Origin: Bacteroidales bacterium
GTDB lineage: Bacteria; Bacteroidota; Bacteroidia; Bacteroidales; UBA3824
Direction: 5' to 3'
Assembly (NCBI GenBank): GCA_017535325.1
Contig: JAFXUC010000139.1
Coordinates: 3,970-67,969 of the forward strand
DNA length: 64,000 nt
Position 1 is the first letter of the stretch. Every line of letters starts with the position of its first letter. A program made the translations under genes and the position numbers. The notes under the pieces are model-generated. The model was not told the DNA's origin. It did no database searches and was given only the letters and a program-made list of their open reading frames with translations. Shown in pieces: positions 60,418-64,000 of the stretch.

Positions 60418-60530
60418 ATTTGTAATGATTTCCTATTGTTTTTGTTCAAATGTAAGGATTGTTATTGAGATACGCAAATATTTTTCCTATTTTTTTGCTG
60501 CGTTGAATCTATCCCCTTAATCAATCCTCC

Positions 60531-61277
60531 TTATCCTTCCATCGTCAAAAACAGCATAAAACCTATGAGCAGCGCATACGTCGCCTGTTTTTGATAGCCG
60601 TGCGCGTGGGTTTCGGGAATCATTTCGTCGCTGACAACGTACAGCATCGCTCCGCCCGCAAATGCCAGCATAAACGGTAAAAACATCGCCGAAATTCCGC
60701 CTAAAAAATAACCCGTCAAAACGCCTGCCATCTCCAAGCCGCCTATCGCCAAAGAAATTACAAACGTGCGCAACTTGCTGACACCAAGCAATAAAAGCGG
60801 CGACACTACAACCATTCCTTCGGGTACGTTTTGCAGCGCAATGCCGAAAGTAACGCTCCAAGCGTTGGAAATATTTTCAGAATCGTTGAAGCCGACACCC
60901 GATGCCATTCCTTCGGGAAACTTGTGGATTGCGACTGCCAAAACAAACAGCAAAACATGGTTTATGGTGCTGTTGTTGACGTGCTGTTCGTTTTCGTCAA
61001 GACCCGTAATCTTATGAATATGAGGCATAAAGAAGTCCAACAGATTCAGAAACAACGCACCCGCAGCAACGCCCGCAAGCGGAATCCACCAATAAGACGC
61101 TGTGTTGACAGACGGCAGAATAAGCCCCACAACAGCCGCCGCAAGCATCAGTCCCGCGCAAAAACCCAAAACGGTGTCGTTCCATTTGTGCGGCAACTCC
61201 TTGATAAAAAAGCCGATAACCGTTCCGATTAACGTTGCACCGCAAAGTCCGAGTGCGCAAATTAAAACGTTATTCAT
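60531..61277 (-). CDS. ZIP family divalent metal transporter (GufA/ZupT-like)
   Basis: AIHKFPEGMA, ALQNVPEG, AGGAMLYVVSDEMIPE. Confidence 0.92.
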   Translation of the reverse strand: MNNVLICALGLCGATLIGTVIGFFIKELPHKWNDTVLGFCAGLMLAAAVVGLILPSVNTASYWWIPLAGVAAGALFLNLLDFFMPHIHKITGLDENEQHVNNSTINHVLLFVLAVAIHKFPEGMASGVGFNDSENISNAWSVTFGIALQNVPEGMVVVSPLLLLGVSKLRTFVISLAIGGLEMAGVLTGYFLGGISAMFLPFMLAFAGGAMLYVVSDEMIPETHAHGYQKQATYALLIGFMLFLTMEG

Positions 61278-62388
61278 GTTTCTTGTCCGGGGTTTTTAAA
61301 CTTTTGACCAACACATTGATTAGCAGCAAAACAAAAATTCCGAGCCAAACCCAATCCATAATTGAAAAGCCGTGTTCAGAATGTCCGCCACTGAGAAATT
61401 CTGTTATCGAAAACCATTCCTGAGGCAAAAGGTAATCTATTGACAATCCGAATATTACCGCGCCGATTACAATCGAAAGGATATAAAGCCAGAGAGTTTT
61501 TTTGCCGAAAACTTTACCGATTACGAGCATTGACGCGCTGTTGACCGCCGGACCCGCCATCAATAAAACAAGAGCCGCGCCGGGTGTCAGACCTTTTGCC
61601 ATAAGCGAAACGGCAACCGGAATACTTCCCGTCGCACAGGTGTACATCGGAATTGCTATTATTAAGACAATCAGCATGTTAAGAAGTTTGTAGTCATGCA
61701 ACGCCGAAAGCCATTCACCGGGAACGGCAACCGTTATCAAAGCGGCAATCAAAAGACCGACAACAAGCCATTTGCCGACGTCTTCCAACATTTCAACAAA
61801 AGCGTAACGCATTGAGCCGCAGAATTTTTTAAAGAAACTGCTCTCGTCTATTTCTTCGTGATGACAGCAGCATCCTTCTTCTCCTTCTTCGTGGTCGTGA
61901 TGTTCGTGGCAATGACAATGTTCATATTCTTCGTGGTCGTCATGGTCTTCATGATTTTCCGTTTCGTGGTTTTGGTGATTATATTTGTTGACAAGCCACC
62001 CTCCGAAAACCGCCGTGAACAATGCCGCAACAGGTCTTACAATTGCAAAAGGCAGTCCCATAAGCGAATACGTCGCGGCGATGGAATCAACACCGGTCTG
62101 AGGCGTCGCAATCAGAAAACTTGTGCAGGCACCGTCGGAAGCACCCGCTTTTTTCAGCCCGACAGAAGTCGGAATCACACCGCAGGAACAAAGCGGCAAC
62201 GGTACTCCAAGTGCGGCGGCTTTTATGACACTTGCCATGTTACGGGGTGCAAGGTGCTGGTTATAAATTGTTTGCGGCACAAAAGCCTTCAACAGTCCCG
62301 CAAAGAAAAATCCTAAAAGCAGATAAGGTGCCATTTCAACCGACATCTCCAAAAGTGCGTCCCAATAATTTTCCAAAAATGTTGTCAT
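61270..62388 (-). CDS. SO_0444-type (ArsP/DUF318 permease) metal transporter with a His/Glu/Cys-rich loop
   Basis: PLPLCSCGV, ATPQTGVDS, MYTCATGS, MAGPA; loop HEDHDDHEEYEHCHCHEHHDH...CCCHH. Confidence 0.88.
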   Translation of the reverse strand: MTTFLENYWDALLEMSVEMAPYLLLGFFFAGLLKAFVPQTIYNQHLAPRNMASVIKAAALGVPLPLCSCGVIPTSVGLKKAGASDGACTSFLIATPQTGVDSIAATYSLMGLPFAIVRPVAALFTAVFGGWLVNKYNHQNHETENHEDHDDHEEYEHCHCHEHHDHEEGEEGCCCHHEEIDESSFFKKFCGSMRYAFVEMLEDVGKWLVVGLLIAALITVAVPGEWLSALHDYKLLNMLIVLIIAIPMYTCATGSIPVAVSLMAKGLTPGAALVLLMAGPAVNSASMLVIGKVFGKKTLWLYILSIVIGAVIFGLSIDYLLPQEWFSITEFLSGGHSEHGFSIMDWVWLGIFVLLLINVLVKSLKTPDKKHE

Positions 62389-62446
62389 GACTAAAAAAAT
62401 AAAACTAACTTTCACCGCAAAAATAATAATACCGCAAACAAATTGC

Positions 62447-62499
62447 AATACCAAAATAACAGTATTTTTGGAATGAAAAAATACTGTTATTTTGGTATT
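62447..62499. repeat. Perfect 23-bp inverted repeat with a 7-nt spacer
   Basis: AATACCAAAATAACAGTATTTTT-GGAATGA-AAAAATACTGTTATTTTGGTATT. Confidence 0.92.
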
Positions 62500-62511
62500 C
62501 AATATTTCATA

Positions 62512-64000
62512 CTACACCGCTTTTCCGTCTTTAATCGTGATAATTTTGTTCGCGCCTTGGATTGTCCGCAGCCTGTGGGCGATTACGAGGACGGTTTTGC
62601 CCTTGATGAGTTTTGAAATCGATTGCTGTATAAGTGTCTCGTTTTCAACGTCGAGCGATGCCGATGCCTCGTCCAAAAGGATGATTGGCGCGTTTTTGAG
62701 GAAGGCGCGGGCAATTGAAATCCTTTGACGTTCACCGCCCGAAAGTTTCTTGCCGTTTTCGCCGATGACAGTGTTCCATTTGTCGGGCAACTGTTCCACA
62801 AATTCGGTGCAGTTGGCGAGTTTGGCGGCGGCTTTCACTTGTTCGTCGGTGGCGTTTTTGTCGCCGATGCGGATGTTTTCCATAACGGTATTGTTGAACA
62901 GCGTAACATCTTGGAACACAATCGAATAAAGATTCATCAGTGTTTCGGGGTCAATGTGCGAAATGTCCTGACCGCCCACGGTGATTTTGCCCGAATCAAC
63001 ATCCCAAAATCTTGCCGCGAGCCTCGAAACTGTGGTTTTGCCGCTGCCCGAAGGTCCAATCAAAGCCGTAACTTCGCCCTGTTTTGCGGTGAAAGATACG
63101 CCGTCAAGTATCTTTTTGCCATCTTGATACGAGAACTTAACATCCTGAAACTCAATATCTCCGCCGTTTACTTTGAGTTCCTCGCTGCCGGTCTGCTCCT
63201 TGTGCAGCAGGATTTCGTTGAGGCGTTCGCAATTGACATCCAACGCGATGATTGCCGCAAAATGTTCCAACGATGTTATCAACGGGTCGTAAATCCGCGA
63301 CGCAATCAGCAAAAACAGCAAAAATTCCAACAGCGCGATTTCGCCTGATTTCAAGTACATTGCGCCGAAAAGTGCCGTGGTTGCAATGCCGAATTTCAGG
63401 AGTATTTCGGCGTTGGTAACAAAAATTCCCGTGCCGAGTTCGTTCCACAACATTCGTTTTTCAACGTCGTGAATCAGCCGTTTAACTCCTTGAAAATAAC
63501 TCTCTTGTGCGTTGTTTTGACGGATGTCGCGCACCGTTTCGAGACATTCTTGGATTTTTTCGGTCATTTCGACGGCGGCGGCACTCTTTTTCTTGCCGAG
63601 ACGGTACTGCACTTTGCGCGAAAAAGCCACGATTATCAGGCTCAGCGGCAACACCCAAACCACCGCCAAAGCCATCTTCCAATTGACGAAAAACAATGCC
63701 GCCGCCAATATGCAAGTGCTTATGATTGAGCCGATAAACTGCGGTATGAAGTGCGACGAAGCCTGTTCTATCTGCGCCGCGTCGTCCATCAATGCCGAGG
63801 TGAGATCCGCGCTGTCTTTTTTGGCGAAAAACGACAGAGGGAGCCTCCGCAGTTTTTCCGCCAATGTGATTCGCCTTACGCCGCTCTCCTTGTACGTGGA
63901 GAAAAACGACGTGTTGTACTGTACCATTGCCGTTGCAGCCATTATTATAACCCAAATGCAAATGCCTGAAACATAGAATGTTCCCTTGCCTTCGAGTGTG
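62512..64000 (-). CDS. Fused permease/ATPase ABC transporter (type IV fold); 5' end outside the window
   Basis: GPSGSGKT, VFQD, LSGGERQR, LLDEA, IAHRL. The frame stays open to position 64000. Confidence 0.92.
   Translation of the reverse strand, partial: TLEGKGTFYVSGICIWVIIMAATAMVQYNTSFFSTYKESGVRRITLAEKLRRLPLSFFAKKDSADLTSALMDDAAQIEQASSHFIPQFIGSIISTCILAAALFFVNWKMALAVVWVLPLSLIIVAFSRKVQYRLGKKKSAAAVEMTEKIQECLETVRDIRQNNAQESYFQGVKRLIHDVEKRMLWNELGTGIFVTNAEILLKFGIATTALFGAMYLKSGEIALLEFLLFLLIASRIYDPLITSLEHFAAIIALDVNCERLNEILLHKEQTGSEELKVNGGDIEFQDVKFSYQDGKKILDGVSFTAKQGEVTALIGPSGSGKTTVSRLAARFWDVDSGKITVGGQDISHIDPETLMNLYSIVFQDVTLFNNTVMENIRIGDKNATDEQVKAAAKLANCTEFVEQLPDKWNTVIGENGKKLSGGERQRISIARAFLKNAPIILLDEASASLDVENETLIQQSISKLIKGKTVLVIAHRLRTIQGANKIITIKDGKAV

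Noticed and set aside
61855-61985. His/Glu/Asp-rich low-complexity stretch as a DNA repeat element
   Set aside because: It is explained as the metal-binding loop of the permease.

Overview
This is a gene-dense chromosomal segment of a Bacteroidota bacterium, probably a gut or rumen Bacteroidales member. The assignment rests on TAnnTTTG -7 promoters, sprA, gldA, a PorE-like gene, DUF4294/DUF4296 genes and a Prevotella-type GH10-CE1 xylanase. The backbone is housekeeping: uvrC, recO, S41 protease, ruvA, ilvE, mannose-1-P guanylyltransferase, ispG, rlmI, aroB, waaA, tRNA-Phe and several transporters. It also carries type IX secretion/gliding genes and a carboxyspermidine operon that looks Firmicutes-derived. 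Conflict- or signalling-type genes are scattered singly between the housekeeping genes: two NTPase-PD(D/E)XK nuclease fusions, a membrane-anchored TIR protein, a tandem TIR-like protein, two Fic-HTH proteins (one degenerate), a SiaC-family protein, a 4xPAS-PP2C phosphatase, a secreted LRR protein and an A1S_2505-family protein. I saw no CRISPR array, integrase, transposase, reverse transcriptase or rRNA. The best leads are: (i) the canonical/degenerate Fic-HTH pair with a palindrome array over the Fic-gldA promoter; (ii) the TIR-linker-TM protein; (iii) a shared TTGGCATAAWTTT, sigma54-like motif in front of siaC, a small membrane protein and a predicted T9SS cargo; (iv) an intergenic hairpin or possible sRNA whose loop matches the Bacteroidota 16S anti-Shine-Dalgarno tail. 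All family calls come from reading motifs by eye; no database search was run.
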